Positions 12,909-26,471 are shown, counted from the first letter of the stretch. The stretch is 64,000 nt of DNA from Neocallimastix sp. 'constans' (GCA_050613775.1 JBODTK010000012.1:372001-436000), one strand, 5' to 3'. Made by a program: numbers and translations. The notes: generated by a model not told the origin, from the letters alone.

Positions 12909-13406
12909 ATGTTGCTTACCCTTATTATCCTTGCTGCCATTTGTCTGTTGGCAACTATATTATTATTAGATTTCATTGTAGTTATACCCAAATTTGGCTC
13001 AGAACATTTTGGAGCACCGGATGATATCAAAGATATGATGAAAAAAATTCCAGATAGACCAAGATATGTCAATGTGTTGGGGGTAATTATCATGGTTATG
13101 GCATTTATCGGATGCTTAGCAGTGTTGATATGGGCAGGAGCGGATGCTGTAAATAAAGATATGAGTTTTGTTCAGATATTTTTGAGATTCCTTATCATAT
13201 TTGATGGATATAAGTTATATGATATAATATGTTTTGACTGGATTATGCTAACAAAAATGAAATTTCCTGAAAAACTTTATCCTGATACTAAAGGTGCAAA
13301 AGGATATGAATCTTTTGGTTTTAATGCAAAAAGTCAATTAGCAAAATTATTTATCATATTTCCTTTAATATGCCTTATATTGGCATTCATTTTATCAAAA
13401 TTATAA
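12909..13406 (+). CDS. Uncharacterised 165-aa membrane protein with about 4 TM helices, bacterial-like
   Basis: Intronless ORF with four hydrophobic segments and a D..FDW..LTK....YPDTKG..GY..FGFN segment that I recall from Firmicutes hypothetical membrane proteins (unverified). Codon use (CCG, GCG, GGG, GTG, TTG) differs from neighbouring genes. Confidence 0.8.
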   Translation: MLLTLIILAAICLLATILLLDFIVVIPKFGSEHFGAPDDIKDMMKKIPDRPRYVNVLGVIIMVMAFIGCLAVLIWAGADAVNKDMSFVQIFLRFLIIFDGYKLYDIICFDWIMLTKMKFPEKLYPDTKGAKGYESFGFNAKSQLAKLFIIFPLICLILAFILSKL

Positions 13407-14082
13407 AAAAAAATTTTTTTTTTGTTATTTCCACAAAGATATATTTGTATAATATGCACATTACTACTACCACTACTATTTCTGGGATAGAAAACCATGA
13501 TAAATAAAAGTTTTAATCATTTTCATAAGAAAATTTAGGATATTATATATATGTGTTTGTTGGGAAATTATCATAGATTCTATTCCTCAAAATTTAACAA
13601 ATATACATATATTAAATAATTAACCAAAGAAATAAACACAATAATACTTATTTTATAAATTAAGAAAAAAAATAATGAATTATATAAATACATATGTAAA
13701 AGAAAAAAAATTATAAAATAAAATTATTAATTTATATTAAATACTATAACTATAGCATAATAAATAGTATTTATTATGTTATCATTTTATGTCAAATTAT
13801 ATATTATTATTATTTTTTTTTTATTTATTTTATTTTGCTATTATGTAAACAATACTTAAACAACATAAAAACTATTATTTATTTAAGCTGACATGTTCAA
13901 TATTTTCTTATAATATAAAATATTAATATTAACATATTACTATCTTTATAATATTTTTTTATAATTTATTGTTAATAATCCTAAAATTGAATAGTTTTTC
14001 ATAATTTAATTTACACATTAAAAAGTAAATAAAATAGATTTACTTAAAATTTAATAATTAATAACTAATGAATATATGTATA

Positions 14083-14114
<32 letters not shown>

Positions 14115-14445
14115 ATTTTATTTTATTTTATTAAGTTTAAGTTAAGTTTAAGTTTAAGTTTAAGTTAAGTTAAAGTCTTACATTTTAATATTAATTAATT
14201 CATAAATTAATTAATATTAGTTTATTTTAAAAAATGAACAGTTTTCAATTTTAGTTGTTTTTTTTTTTTTTTTTAAAAAAATTTACTTTATATTATATAT
14301 ATATATAATATTATTTTGATACTTTTTATTTATTATTTTTTTTTTTTTAAATTTTTAATTTATTCAAAATTTTTTGAATTAATTATTTTAATGAAATTTA
14401 TTTTTTAAAAATTTCATTGAAATTTATGAATTCTTTTCATTAAAT

Positions 14446-15966
14446 TTAAGCTTTTCCGGCCATCTTGGCATCCATTTCTTCAAGATTGAGTCCCTTACAT
14501 TCAATTACATAGAACTGAGAGTAAATCCAGGCAAGAAGACAAGCAGCTGCAAAAAGAAGGAAAGTCTTAGTACTCCATGCTTTCATAAGAGCTGGTCCAA
14601 CAAATGCAATAATCCAATTATTAAGGAAGTTAGAGACTGTACCAACAGCACTACCCTTAACTCTGACACGAAGTGGGAAAACTTCAGCTTGATAAACCCA
14701 TGGAACTGGTCCCCAAGTCCAAGCAAAAGAAAAGACCATAAGGAAAATACTAGCAACTGCTAAATATTGCCATAACTTTCCTTTGTAGGTTTGAGTAGAG
14801 AAAGCCCAGGTAGAAATATGGAATACCATCATCATAAGTGATCCAATAACTAATAAAGTTTTACGTCCTAATTTTTCAATACCCCACATACCTGGGAAGG
14901 TTGAAATGAAATTGACAAAATTGTTAATAATTGGAAGAACAACAGTGGACATGAATTTAGTAAATCCAATTTCACCATAAATTTGAGATTGATAATACAT
15001 AATGACATTAATACCAGTCCATTGTTGGAAAAGTTGCATTAAGAAAGTAATGAAAGTACGACGACGAATAACAGGACTGAAAAGTTCACCGACAGAAGAA
15101 GAACCGGCAGCACGAGTAGCGGCAACATCTTCTTGAATAGCTTTAAGTTCTTCTTGAACAAGAGAATCAGAAGTAGAAGTAGCATTAAGTTTAGCTAAAA
15201 CTTCAGCAGCTTCTTCATCACGATCTTTAGAACATAACCATCTTGGAGATTTTGGAAGGAAACTCATAAGAATAGCAAGACCAAGACCTGGAACTACTTG
15301 GAATAAAAGTGCAAATCTCCATTCGAAATTAGGAACTTCTGCCCATTTATCTGATCTTTTCTTTCCTAATCCTTCTGGTTTAATATTAGTATAATACCAA
15401 ACGATAGAATTAATGATGGCTGCAACAATAATACCGAAAGTAGTCATAAGTTGGTAGCAAGATGAAAGAGTACCTCTGATCTTAGCTGGAGCAACTTCAG
15501 AAATGTATGTTGGACAAAGGACACCATTACATCCAATAGAAAGACCAGTGATAAGACGACCAATAGCAATCATAATCCAAGAACGAACAGATAAACCTTG
15601 AATGATAGCACCACAAGTGAAGATACAAGCACCGATCATGATGGTTCTTTGACGACCGAATCTTTCACCAAGATAAGTAGCCATGAGAGCACCACAAAGA
15701 GCACCGAGAACGAAACTTGAAGTGATAACACCTTCGAGGGTAGCTTTATTATCAGCTTCTTTTAAATCACGATACCATTTTTCTTGAGAATCATTAGTAA
15801 TTTCTTTACCATTTTCATCAAGGGCATCACCATTCCAACTATGGAACTTGAAGAAAATACGGAAAGCATCCATTACAAGGACAACATTCATGACACCACA
15901 TTCATAACCGAAAAGAAGACCACCTAACGAAGCGGTCACGGCCACTAAAAATTGAAAAGAATTCAT
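14446..15966 (-). CDS. MFS sugar porter (SP family) transporter, copy A
   Basis: 506 aa, about 12 TM helices. SP motifs: GGLLFGYE, ERFGRQR, YISEVAP..IRG, PKSPRWL, QQWTGIN, EKLGRK, WGPVPW, EVFPLRVR, IECKG. Confidence 0.95.
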   Translation of the reverse strand: MNSFQFLVAVTASLGGLLFGYECGVMNVVLVMDAFRIFFKFHSWNGDALDENGKEITNDSQEKWYRDLKEADNKATLEGVITSSFVLGALCGALMATYLGERFGRQRTIMIGACIFTCGAIIQGLSVRSWIMIAIGRLITGLSIGCNGVLCPTYISEVAPAKIRGTLSSCYQLMTTFGIIVAAIINSIVWYYTNIKPEGLGKKRSDKWAEVPNFEWRFALLFQVVPGLGLAILMSFLPKSPRWLCSKDRDEEAAEVLAKLNATSTSDSLVQEELKAIQEDVAATRAAGSSSVGELFSPVIRRRTFITFLMQLFQQWTGINVIMYYQSQIYGEIGFTKFMSTVVLPIINNFVNFISTFPGMWGIEKLGRKTLLVIGSLMMMVFHISTWAFSTQTYKGKLWQYLAVASIFLMVFSFAWTWGPVPWVYQAEVFPLRVRVKGSAVGTVSNFLNNWIIAFVGPALMKAWSTKTFLLFAAACLLAWIYSQFYVIECKGLNLEEMDAKMAGKA

Positions 15967-17396
15967 AATTTATTTTATTTACAAAACTATACTTATTATT
16001 TTTATCTTAAATTAAGTTTATAATTATTATATAATTATAATGAAGAAAAAAAAAATATAATTTAAAGAAAATTTCACTCTTTTATATTAAAATAGAATAT
16101 AATGTACTATTAATTAATTGTAAATTAATATAAAAAATGGAAAATTAAAATAATATAAAATAAAAACATTATTAAAGGGTTTTTCATTATTTAAATGCTA
16201 TAAATTGAAAGAAAATATTATGCTCTTAGTTCAGTACAATCAATTATTTTTAATTTAAAAACATATATATATATTTTTAAATTTAAATATTATTATTATA
16301 TATATTTAAAAAAACCTCCGTTGTGTTTAATTATTGTAATATTTTAAGTATAATTATAATATGCTAAGTAGTACTAATTTTATAGATTATTTTTAATATG
16401 CTTAATATATTATATTTAAAATAATCTCAAATATTAATATTCATAATATATATGGGGAAAATTTAATTCTTTAAATTTAATTACTAATTAATTATATATA
16501 TATTTTTTTAAATTATTGAATTTTATATAAAAATACATTGAAACTTATGACAATAAACAAGTAAAAAATGGAAATATAAATAATATTCATATTTAATAAC
16601 ATTTTTTATTTATCACAAATTATTAAATTTTAATGTTCATATCTTATATACTTTGTTTTTTTTTATATTAATTTCTATATTTAATAAAAATATTGAATAA
16701 ACTATAAAATGTACCTCTAATTTTTTATATTTTACATTTAAACTTTTTTAATAAAGGTTTTTTAATGAAATAAGATAAAACTTTTTTTCAAATAAAATAA
16801 AACTTTTTTTTCAAATAAAATAAAAATTATTTAGATATAAGTTCATACTAATAAAAAATTTTATGATTTATATATAAATTATATGAATTTATCTCTCTCT
16901 CTATATATATAAATATATTTGTATAGATAAAAATATAAAGTATTTCAAACATATAAAATATATTTATATATATTTTATTATATATTTAAAATATTGCTTT
17001 TAAAATTTATCTGTATATAAAGAATTAAAGAAATATAAAACATACATAAAGTTTAATTGAAGAACATTATTTATTCAAATTAACATTTTATATTAAATTA
17101 ATTGTTTTCTATCCAAAATTTAGCATTAATAATAATAGCAAATGATAAAAATAAATAATATTGATAACAAGAATGGTAATAAGTTTAATAAATAAAAAAT
17201 GCAAATTATTATATGGTTATTAATTATATTTATTTAATAATACTATTTTGAATAGTAATAATATTATTTAAAATTTATAGACTTAAAATATAATTTAAAA
17301 AAATAAATATTTATAAAATTAATATAAATACTTTTAATATTAAATTAATATATAAACTTTTTATTTGACGTTATTTATAATTTAAAAGTATAATTT

Positions 17397-17437
<41 letters not shown>

Positions 17438-18099
17438 TTTTGCTCTTTTTTTAATATTATTATGAAAATTTTAATATTGTACCTTTTTAATTATAATTAT
17501 TTAGTATTAATATAATAATAAATGTGTCATTTAAATATTTCATTTAGAATCATTGGATAATTTTAAAAAAAATATAATTAAAAAATTTAATTATAAATTT
17601 TTTTCATTTTTGACAATATTTGTAATTTTTATATTAGAATATAATATTATATATAAACTATTAAATAGAATTAAAGCATATTAAAAGTAATTATTATTAA
17701 AAAAGTTTATTATTTTAATATTAAATAAAAAAGATAAAACAAAATAAAATAAAAAATTCTAAACAAATTTTTAATTTCAAATGATAAAATAAATTAATAT
17801 TTAAAATTTATTATTATTATAATTATATTTTATAATATTAATTTTTATATTATAACATTTTTTTATAATTCAAAAATTCAACTTTAATTCATAATGTATT
17901 AAATAAAATAAACATATATAAAAAGTAATCTTTGGAGTGTTATTAATTTCCATATTATTGTAATAAAAACTAATAATTAATATTAATATTCATTATTTAT
18001 AATTTTTTTTAAAATTAATTGTTAATATGCTATTAATAAAATATTTAAAAAAAATTTTTTTTAAATATAAAATTATATAAAAAATTAAAAAAAAATATT

Positions 18100-18739
18100 A
18101 ATTTTGAAAATTTCCCATATATAAATGTTATATTAATGAATATTAATATTAGAATATATTTCTAATTCAGAAATTTTAATATAATTTATATATTTTATAA
18201 AAAATAAAATTTTAGCATATTAAAAGTAATCTTTTAAATACTATTATTTATATAAATATTTATATTTTTTAATATTAATAAAATTTTCCTTTGAAAAGTC
18301 TTATTATTTAAATATATATACACCATTTTATATAATATTAAATATAATAAAAACATATTAAAAGTAATCTTTTGGAGTATTTTTATATAGCATATTATAT
18401 TAATACTTAAAAATATTACATATCAAAATAATAAATATCCTTGAAAAAGGTTAAATATTAATATTTAATTCAAAAAACATAATTTATATACAGATTTAAT
18501 TATATATAAATATAATATAAATAAAAATTAATAATTAATATTAATACTTATAATTAAAATTTTAATTTAAAATAATTATTTATTTGTTATTATGATATAG
18601 AATATTAGAAAAATTTTTTAATATAAAAGATTGAAATTTTCTTTAAATTATTTTTTTTTTCTTCATTATAATTATATAATAATTATAGACTTAATTTAAG
18701 ATAAAACTAATAAGTATAGTTTTGTAAATAAAATAAATT
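18100..18739 (+). promoter_or_regulatory. Upstream module shared by transporter copies B, C and D (homologous blocks start near 18103, 21849 and 25733)
   Basis: The block TTTGAAAATTTCCCATATATAAATG..AATATTAGAATA.ATTTCTAATTCAGAAATTTTAAT occurs upstream of all three + strand copies. The ~100 bp next to the ATG is conserved in all four copies. Confidence 0.6.
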
Positions 18740-20260
18740 ATGAATTCTTTTCAGTTTTTAGTGGCCGTGACCGCTTCTTTAGGTGGTCTTCTTTTCGGTT
18801 ATGAATGTGGTGTCATGAATGTTGTCCTTGTAATGGATGCTTTCCGTATTTTCTTCTCGTTCCATAGTTGGAATGGTGATGCCCTTGATGAAAATGGTAA
18901 CGAAATTACTAATGATTCTCAAGAAAAATGGTATCGTAATTTAAAAGAAGCTGATAATAAAGCTACCCTTGAAGGTGTTATCACTTCAAGTTTCGTTCTC
19001 GGTGCTCTTTGTGGTGCTCTCATGGCTACTTATCTTGGTGAAAGATTCGGTCGTCAAAGAACCATCATGATCGGTGCTTGTATTTTCACTTGTGGTGCTA
19101 TCATTCAAGGTTTATCTGTTCGTTCTTGGATTATGATTGCTATTGGTCGTCTTATCACTGGTCTTTCTATTGGATGTAATGGTGTCCTTTGTCCAACATA
19201 CATTTCTGAAGTTGCTCCAGCTAAGATCAGAGGTACTCTTTCATCTTGCTACCAACTTATGACTACTTTCGGTATTATTGTTGCAGCCATCATTAATTCT
19301 ATCGTTTGGTATTATACTAATATTAAACCAGAAGGATTAGGAAAGAAAAGATCAGATAAATGGGCAGAAGTTCCTAATTTCGAATGGAGATTTGCACTTT
19401 TATTCCAAGTAGTTCCAGGTCTTGGTCTTGCTATTCTTATGAGTTTCCTTCCAAAATCTCCAAGATGGTTATGTTCTAAAGATCGTGATGAAGAAGCTGC
19501 TGAAGTTTTAGCTAAACTTAATGCTACCACTACTTCTGATTCTCTTGTCCAAGAAGAACTTAAAGCTATTCAAGAAGATGTTGCCGCTACTCGTGCTGCC
19601 GGTTCTTCTTCTGTTGGTGAACTTTTCAGTCCTGTTATTCGTCGTCGTACTTTCATTACTTTCTTAATGCAACTTTTCCAACAATGGACTGGTATTAATG
19701 TCATTATGTATTATCAATCTCAAATTTATGGTGAAATTGGATTTACTAAATTCATGTCCACTGTTGTTCTTCCAATTATTAACAACTTTGTCAATTTCAT
19801 TTCAACCTTCCCAGGTATGTGGGGTATTGAAAGATTAGGACGTAAAACTTTATTAGTTATTGGATCACTTATGATGATGGTATTCCATATTTCTACTTGG
19901 GCTTTCTCTACTCAAACCTACAAAGGAAAGTTATGGCAATATTTAGCAGTTGCTAGTATTTTCCTTATGGTCTTTTCTTTTGCTTGGACTTGGGGACCAG
20001 TTCCATGGGTTTATCAAGCTGAAGTTTTCCCACTTCGTGTCAGAGTTAAGGGTAGTGCAGTTGGTACAGTTTCTAACTTTCTTAACAATTGGATTATTGC
20101 ATTTGTTGGACCAGCTCTTATGAAAGCATGGAGTACTAAGACTTTCCTTCTTTTTGCAGCTGCTTGTCTTCTTGCCTGGATTTACTCTCAGTTCTATGTA
20201 ATTGAATGTAAGGGACTCAATCTTGAAGAAATGGATGCCAAGATGGCCGGAAAAGCTTAA
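18740..20260 (+). CDS. MFS sugar porter, copy B
   Basis: 506 aa; same motifs, only a few residues differ from copy A. Confidence 0.95.
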   Translation: MNSFQFLVAVTASLGGLLFGYECGVMNVVLVMDAFRIFFSFHSWNGDALDENGNEITNDSQEKWYRNLKEADNKATLEGVITSSFVLGALCGALMATYLGERFGRQRTIMIGACIFTCGAIIQGLSVRSWIMIAIGRLITGLSIGCNGVLCPTYISEVAPAKIRGTLSSCYQLMTTFGIIVAAIINSIVWYYTNIKPEGLGKKRSDKWAEVPNFEWRFALLFQVVPGLGLAILMSFLPKSPRWLCSKDRDEEAAEVLAKLNATTTSDSLVQEELKAIQEDVAATRAAGSSSVGELFSPVIRRRTFITFLMQLFQQWTGINVIMYYQSQIYGEIGFTKFMSTVVLPIINNFVNFISTFPGMWGIERLGRKTLLVIGSLMMMVFHISTWAFSTQTYKGKLWQYLAVASIFLMVFSFAWTWGPVPWVYQAEVFPLRVRVKGSAVGTVSNFLNNWIIAFVGPALMKAWSTKTFLLFAAACLLAWIYSQFYVIECKGLNLEEMDAKMAGKA

Positions 20261-22568
20261 ATTTAAAGAAAAGAATTCATAAATTTCAATGAAATTTTTA
20301 ATAAATAAATTTCATTAAAATAATTAATTCAAGAAATTAATTTAAAAATTTATATTAAAAAAAAATATATAAAATTAAATAAAAATAAAAAAATAAAATA
20401 TAAAATATAAAAATATATTAAAATGTATATATACATAATATAAGACAAAGCTAATCAAATATACAAAAAAACAAAATTGACTAAAAATTGAAAACTATTC
20501 ATTTTTTTAAAAAAACATGATAATAACCAATATATAATATTTTATAAAATTTTATATAGTGGTTATATCATAATATAGAATATAAACTTAACTTAAACTT
20601 AACATAAACTTAACATAAACTTAACTTAAATTAATAAATAATAAGCAATTATAAAAATAAATATATATATTCTTTTTTATCTTGTATATTTTGTGTTATT
20701 ATGATTTTTTATTTTTATTAATGTGTATAAAGTTATTTATATTTTATTTAAATATATAATTTTTTTTTTTGTTTATTTTTTAATCACATTTTCAATTTTT
20801 TTTTTTTTAATATTTTTAATAGATTGTTTTATATGTAAATAATTGCGATTATATGATAATTAATTTTTTGTATATATTATTAAACAAATAATATATAATA
20901 AAAAGATAGATTAATTGTAAGGAATATTTTTTATTAAGTATTAAAGATTATAATAATTATAAAAAAATTTTTTTTTATTATATAATTTAAAATTATATTG
21001 ATTTCCTATGTATTGGTAAAATTATTTAATATTATAAATATTAAATAATTTAAATTTTGAATAAATATTAAAATATTAATTATAAAAGGTATGATTCAGT
21101 ATTTTATTTTTATTTTTAATAATATTATATTTATTTTAGTCATATATTTTTTAAATTGTTAATTTCTAATTATTTTTACTATTATTTTATTAATTATAAA
21201 TCATCAAGATAATAAATAACTATATAAATTATTTAATAATTAATATGTAAACTTAAATATATATAAAATTTCAATTATTTTGATACAAATATTTTTTTTT
21301 TGAAATATATATTTTAATTAAATTGGATAAATTTTTATAAAAATTTTTTTTTAATATAATGGATATATAATGGATATAAAAAAAAAATATAAAACTCAAA
21401 TAATAATAAATATTAAAATTCATAAAGTACCAAAAACTAATATATTATATTAAAAAAAATATAATTATTAAAAAACAATAAATATTATAATAAAAAGTAA
21501 TTTTATTAATATTTTTATTGTAAAAAAATATATATATTTAACTTTTACTAAAAAGTGTTTATATATAATTTTAGTAAATTTTTCCATATATTAATGATAT
21601 ATTAATGAGTAATAATATTATATTTATAATTCAGAAATTTTAATATAATATTATATTATATATATATAAAATAAAATTTATTTAATAAGATTAAATGAAA
21701 TAGAAACATTAAAAGTAATCATTTTGAGTATTCCTACTTAGCATATTATATTAATACTTATGCATATTAAATTATTTCAAAAGAAATCATTGAAAAAAGT
21801 TAAATTAATAAAAAATTATATAAAAAATCAAAAAGAAAAAAAAATTATTTTGAAAATTTCCCATATATAAATGATATATTAATGAATATTAATATTAGAA
21901 TATATTTCTAATTCAGAAATTTTAATATAATATTATAAATTTTATAAAAATTAAAGTTTAACATATTAAAAGTAATTTTTGAAATATCATTATTTATATA
22001 AATATTTATAATATTTAATATTAATAAAATTTTCTTTGAAATGAAATATTTAAATATAAAATATTAAATATATATAAAAATTTAATATTATTTTTATTTT
22101 TAAATAAGTAAATTTTATTTTATAATATTTTGTAAAAATGTTTATATTATTTAATTAAAGAATTTTAATTTTAATTTAAATTTTAAATATAATAGAAACA
22201 TATTAAAATTATTTTTTTTTCTATTGAGTATTTTTACTTAGTATATTATATTAATATATAAAAGTATTACTTATTATGATAATTAACTTTTGAAAAAGAT
22301 TAAATATTAGTATTAAATTCAAAAAAATATAATTATACACCATATAAATAAAATTAATAATTAATATTAATACTCACAATTAAAATTTTAATTTATAATA
22401 ATTATTTATTTGTTATTATGATATAAAATATTAGAAAAATTTTTTTAATATAAAAGTACGAAATTTTCTTTAAATTATATTTTTTTTTTCTTCATTATAA
22501 TTATATAATAATTATAGACTTAATTTAAGATAAAACTAATAAATATAGTTTTGTAAATAAAATAAATT

Positions 22569-24089
22569 ATGAATTTTTTTCAATTTTTAGTGGCCGTGAC
22601 CGCTTCGTTAGGTGGTCTTCTTTTCGGTTATGAATGTGGTGTCATGAATGTTGTCCTTGTAATGGATGCTTTCCGTATTTTCTTCAAGTTCCATAGTTGG
22701 AATGGTGATGCCCTTGATGAAAATGGTAACGAAATTACTAATGATTCTCAAGAAAAATGGTATCGTGATTTAAAAGAAGCTGATAATAAAGCTACCCTTG
22801 AAGGTGTTATCACTTCAAGTTTCGTTCTCGGTGCTCTTTGTGGTGCTCTCATGGCTACTTATCTTGGTGAAAGATTCGGTCGTCAAAGAACCATCATGAT
22901 CGGTGCTTGTATCTTCACTTGTGGTGCTATCATTCAAGGTTTATCTGTTCGTTCTTGGATTATGATTGCTATTGGTCGTCTTATCACTGGTCTTTCTATT
23001 GGATGTAATGGTGTCCTTTGTCCAACATACATTTCTGAAGTTGCTCCAGCTAAGATCAGAGGTACTCTTTCATCTTGCTACCAACTTATGACTACTTTCG
23101 GTATTATTGTTGCAGCCATCATTAATTCTATCGTTTGGTATTATACTAATATTAAACCAGAAGGATTAGGAAAGAAAAGATCAGATAAATGGGCAGAAGT
23201 TCCTAATTTCGAATGGAGATTTGCACTTTTATTCCAAGTAGTTCCAGGTCTTGGTCTTGCTATTCTTATGAGTTTCCTTCCAAAATCTCCAAGATGGTTA
23301 TGTTCTAAAGATCGTGATGAAGAAGCTGCTGAAGTTTTAGCTAAACTTAATGCTACTTCTACTTCTGATTCTCTTGTTCAAGAAGAACTTAAAGCTATTC
23401 AAGAAGATGTTGCCGCTACTCGTGCTGCCGGTTCTTCTTCTGTTGGTGAACTTTTCAGTCCTGTTATTCGTCGTCGTACTTTCATTACTTTCTTAATGCA
23501 ACTTTTCCAACAATGGACTGGTATTAATGCCATTATGTATTATCAATCTCAAATTTATGGTGAAATTGGATTTACTAAATTCATGTCCACTGTTGTTCTT
23601 CCAATTATTAACAACTTTGTCAATTTCATTTCAACCTTCCCAGGTATGTGGGGTATTGAAAGATTAGGACGTAAAACTTTATTAGTTATTGGATCACTTA
23701 TGATGATGGTATTCCATATTTCTACTTGGGCTTTCTCTACTCAAACCTACAAAGGAAAGTTATGGCAATATTTAGCAGTTGCTAGTATTTTCCTTATGGT
23801 CTTTTCTTTCGCTTGGACTTGGGGACCAGTTCCATGGGTTTATCAAGCTGAAGTTTTCCCACTTCGTGTCAGAGTTAAGGGTAGTGCAGTTGGTACAGTC
23901 TCTAACTTCCTTAATAATTGGATTATTGCATTTGTTGGACCAGCTCTTATGAAAGCATGGAGTACTAAGACTTTCCTTCTTTTTGCAGCTGCTTGTCTTC
24001 TTGCCTGGATTTACTCTCAGTTCTATGTTATTGAATGTAAGGGACTCAATCTTGAAGAAATGGATGCCAAGATGGCCGGAAAAGCTTAA
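22569..24089 (+). CDS. MFS sugar porter, copy C
   Basis: 506 aa; same motifs, near-identical to the other copies. Confidence 0.95.
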   Translation: MNFFQFLVAVTASLGGLLFGYECGVMNVVLVMDAFRIFFKFHSWNGDALDENGNEITNDSQEKWYRDLKEADNKATLEGVITSSFVLGALCGALMATYLGERFGRQRTIMIGACIFTCGAIIQGLSVRSWIMIAIGRLITGLSIGCNGVLCPTYISEVAPAKIRGTLSSCYQLMTTFGIIVAAIINSIVWYYTNIKPEGLGKKRSDKWAEVPNFEWRFALLFQVVPGLGLAILMSFLPKSPRWLCSKDRDEEAAEVLAKLNATSTSDSLVQEELKAIQEDVAATRAAGSSSVGELFSPVIRRRTFITFLMQLFQQWTGINAIMYYQSQIYGEIGFTKFMSTVVLPIINNFVNFISTFPGMWGIERLGRKTLLVIGSLMMMVFHISTWAFSTQTYKGKLWQYLAVASIFLMVFSFAWTWGPVPWVYQAEVFPLRVRVKGSAVGTVSNFLNNWIIAFVGPALMKAWSTKTFLLFAAACLLAWIYSQFYVIECKGLNLEEMDAKMAGKA

Positions 24090-24244
24090 ATTTAAAGAAA
24101 AGAATTCATAAATTTCAATGAAGTTTTAAAAAATAAATTTCATTTAAATAATTAAAAAAAATAATTAAAAAATTAAAAAATAAAATAAATATAAAATTAA
24201 ATATAAATTAAAAAATAAAAATATAAAAAATAAAAAAATATTAA

Positions 24245-24275
<31 letters not shown>

Positions 24276-26471
24276 ATATATTTATATATATATATATATA
24301 AAACAAAGCTAATCAAATATACAAAAAAACAAAATAATCGACTAAAAATTGAAAACTGTTCATTTTTTTAAAAAAAAAAAAAACATGATAATAACCAATA
24401 TATAATATTTTATAAAATTTTATATAGTGGTTATATCAAAAATATAGAAGATAAGCTTAACTTAAACTTAACTTAAATTAATAAATAATAAACAATTGTA
24501 AAAATAAATGTATTTATAATTTTTTTTCTTGTATATTTTGTATTATTATGATTTTTTATCTTTATTAATGTGTATTAGAGTTATTTTTTTTATTAATTTT
24601 TTTTGCTTTTTATTTTTTTTATTTATTTATTTTTTTTTCTATATTTTCAATTGATTGCTTTATTTGTGAATAATAAGATTATATTATAATTAAATTTTTT
24701 TAAATTAAACTTTTAACTAATAGATTAATAGAAAGTAATATTTTTATTAATTATAAAAGATTATAATAATTATAAAGAATTATTAATTTTTATTATATAT
24801 TTTAAAATTATATTGAATTTCCTATGTATTGGTAAAATTACTTAATATCAAAACTACAGAATAATTAAATTTTTAATAAATATCATAATACTAATGATAA
24901 AATGTATAATTCAAAATTTTATTTGTATTTCTAGTAATATTATTATTATATTTATTTTAATTGCATTTATTTTAATTGTATTTATTTTACTTATATTTAT
25001 TTCTTGAACTGTTAATTTCTAATTATTATTATTATAATTATTCTTATAATTATTCTTATTATTATTCTTATTATTATTCTTATTATTATTATTTTTCTTA
25101 TAATTTTTCTTATAATTGTTATTATAATTTTTTTTATTCATTATAAATCATCTTAAAACTTTTTTTATTATATAATCATTAATATATTAATTTAAATATA
25201 TATAGAATTTCAATTATTTCGATACAAATAATTTTTTTGAAATATTTTTTTTTAATTAAAATTTAATATAATTGGATAAATTTTTATAAAAATTTATTTA
25301 TAATATAATAGATATAAAAAAAAATATAAAACTCAAATAATAATAAATATTTAAATTCATAAAGTACCAAAAATTAATATATTATATTAAAAAAAATATA
25401 ATTATTAAAAAATAATATAACTATTAAAAAAATAATAAATATTTCAAAAAAAAAATATATTACTTTTTCTAAAAAGTGTTTATATATAATTTTAATAAAA
25501 TTTTCCATATATATTAATTTAAAATACAGAATTTTAACATTATAATATATATTATAAAATAAAATTTATTTAATAATATTAAATGAAATAAAAACATAAT
25601 AAAAGTAATCTTTTTGAGTATTTTTAATTAGCATATTATATTAATACATAAAAATATTAAATTTTTATGGCGTTGAAAATGGTTAAATTAATAAAAATTG
25701 ATACAATAAATTAAAAAAAAAAAAAAATTAGTTTTGAAAATTTCCCATATATAAATGATATATTAATGAATATTAATATTAGAATACATTTCTAATTCAG
25801 AAATTTTAATATAACTATTATATTTTATAAAAAATAAAATTTTAGCATATTAAAAGTAATCTTTTAAATACTATTATTTATATAAATATTTATATTTTTT
25901 AATATTAATAAAATTTTCCTTTGAAAAGTCTTATTATTTAAATATATACACCATTTTAATATTATTTTAATTAAACAAAAATCTTATTTTATAACATGTT
26001 GTATTAGTATTTTTTTTTTTTTTTTTTTTATTATTTAATTAAAATATTTCAATTTTAATTTATATAATATTAAATATAATAAAAACATATTAAAAGTAAT
26101 CTTTTGGAATATTTTTACTTAGCATATTAAATTAATACTTAAAAATATTACATATCAAGATAATAAATATCCTTGAAAAAGGTTAAATATTAATATTCAA
26201 TTCAAAAAACATAATTTATATACAGAATTAATTATATATATATAATATAAATAAAAATCAATAATTAATATTAATACTTATAATTAAAATTTTAATTTAA
26301 AATAATTATTTATTTGTTATTTTGATATAGAATATTATAAAATTTTTTTTAATATAAAAGTACGAAATTTTCTTTAAATTATTTTTTTTTTCTTCATTAT
26401 AATTATATAATAATTATAGACTTAATTTAAGATAAAACTAATAAGTATAGTTTTGTAAATAAAATAAAATT

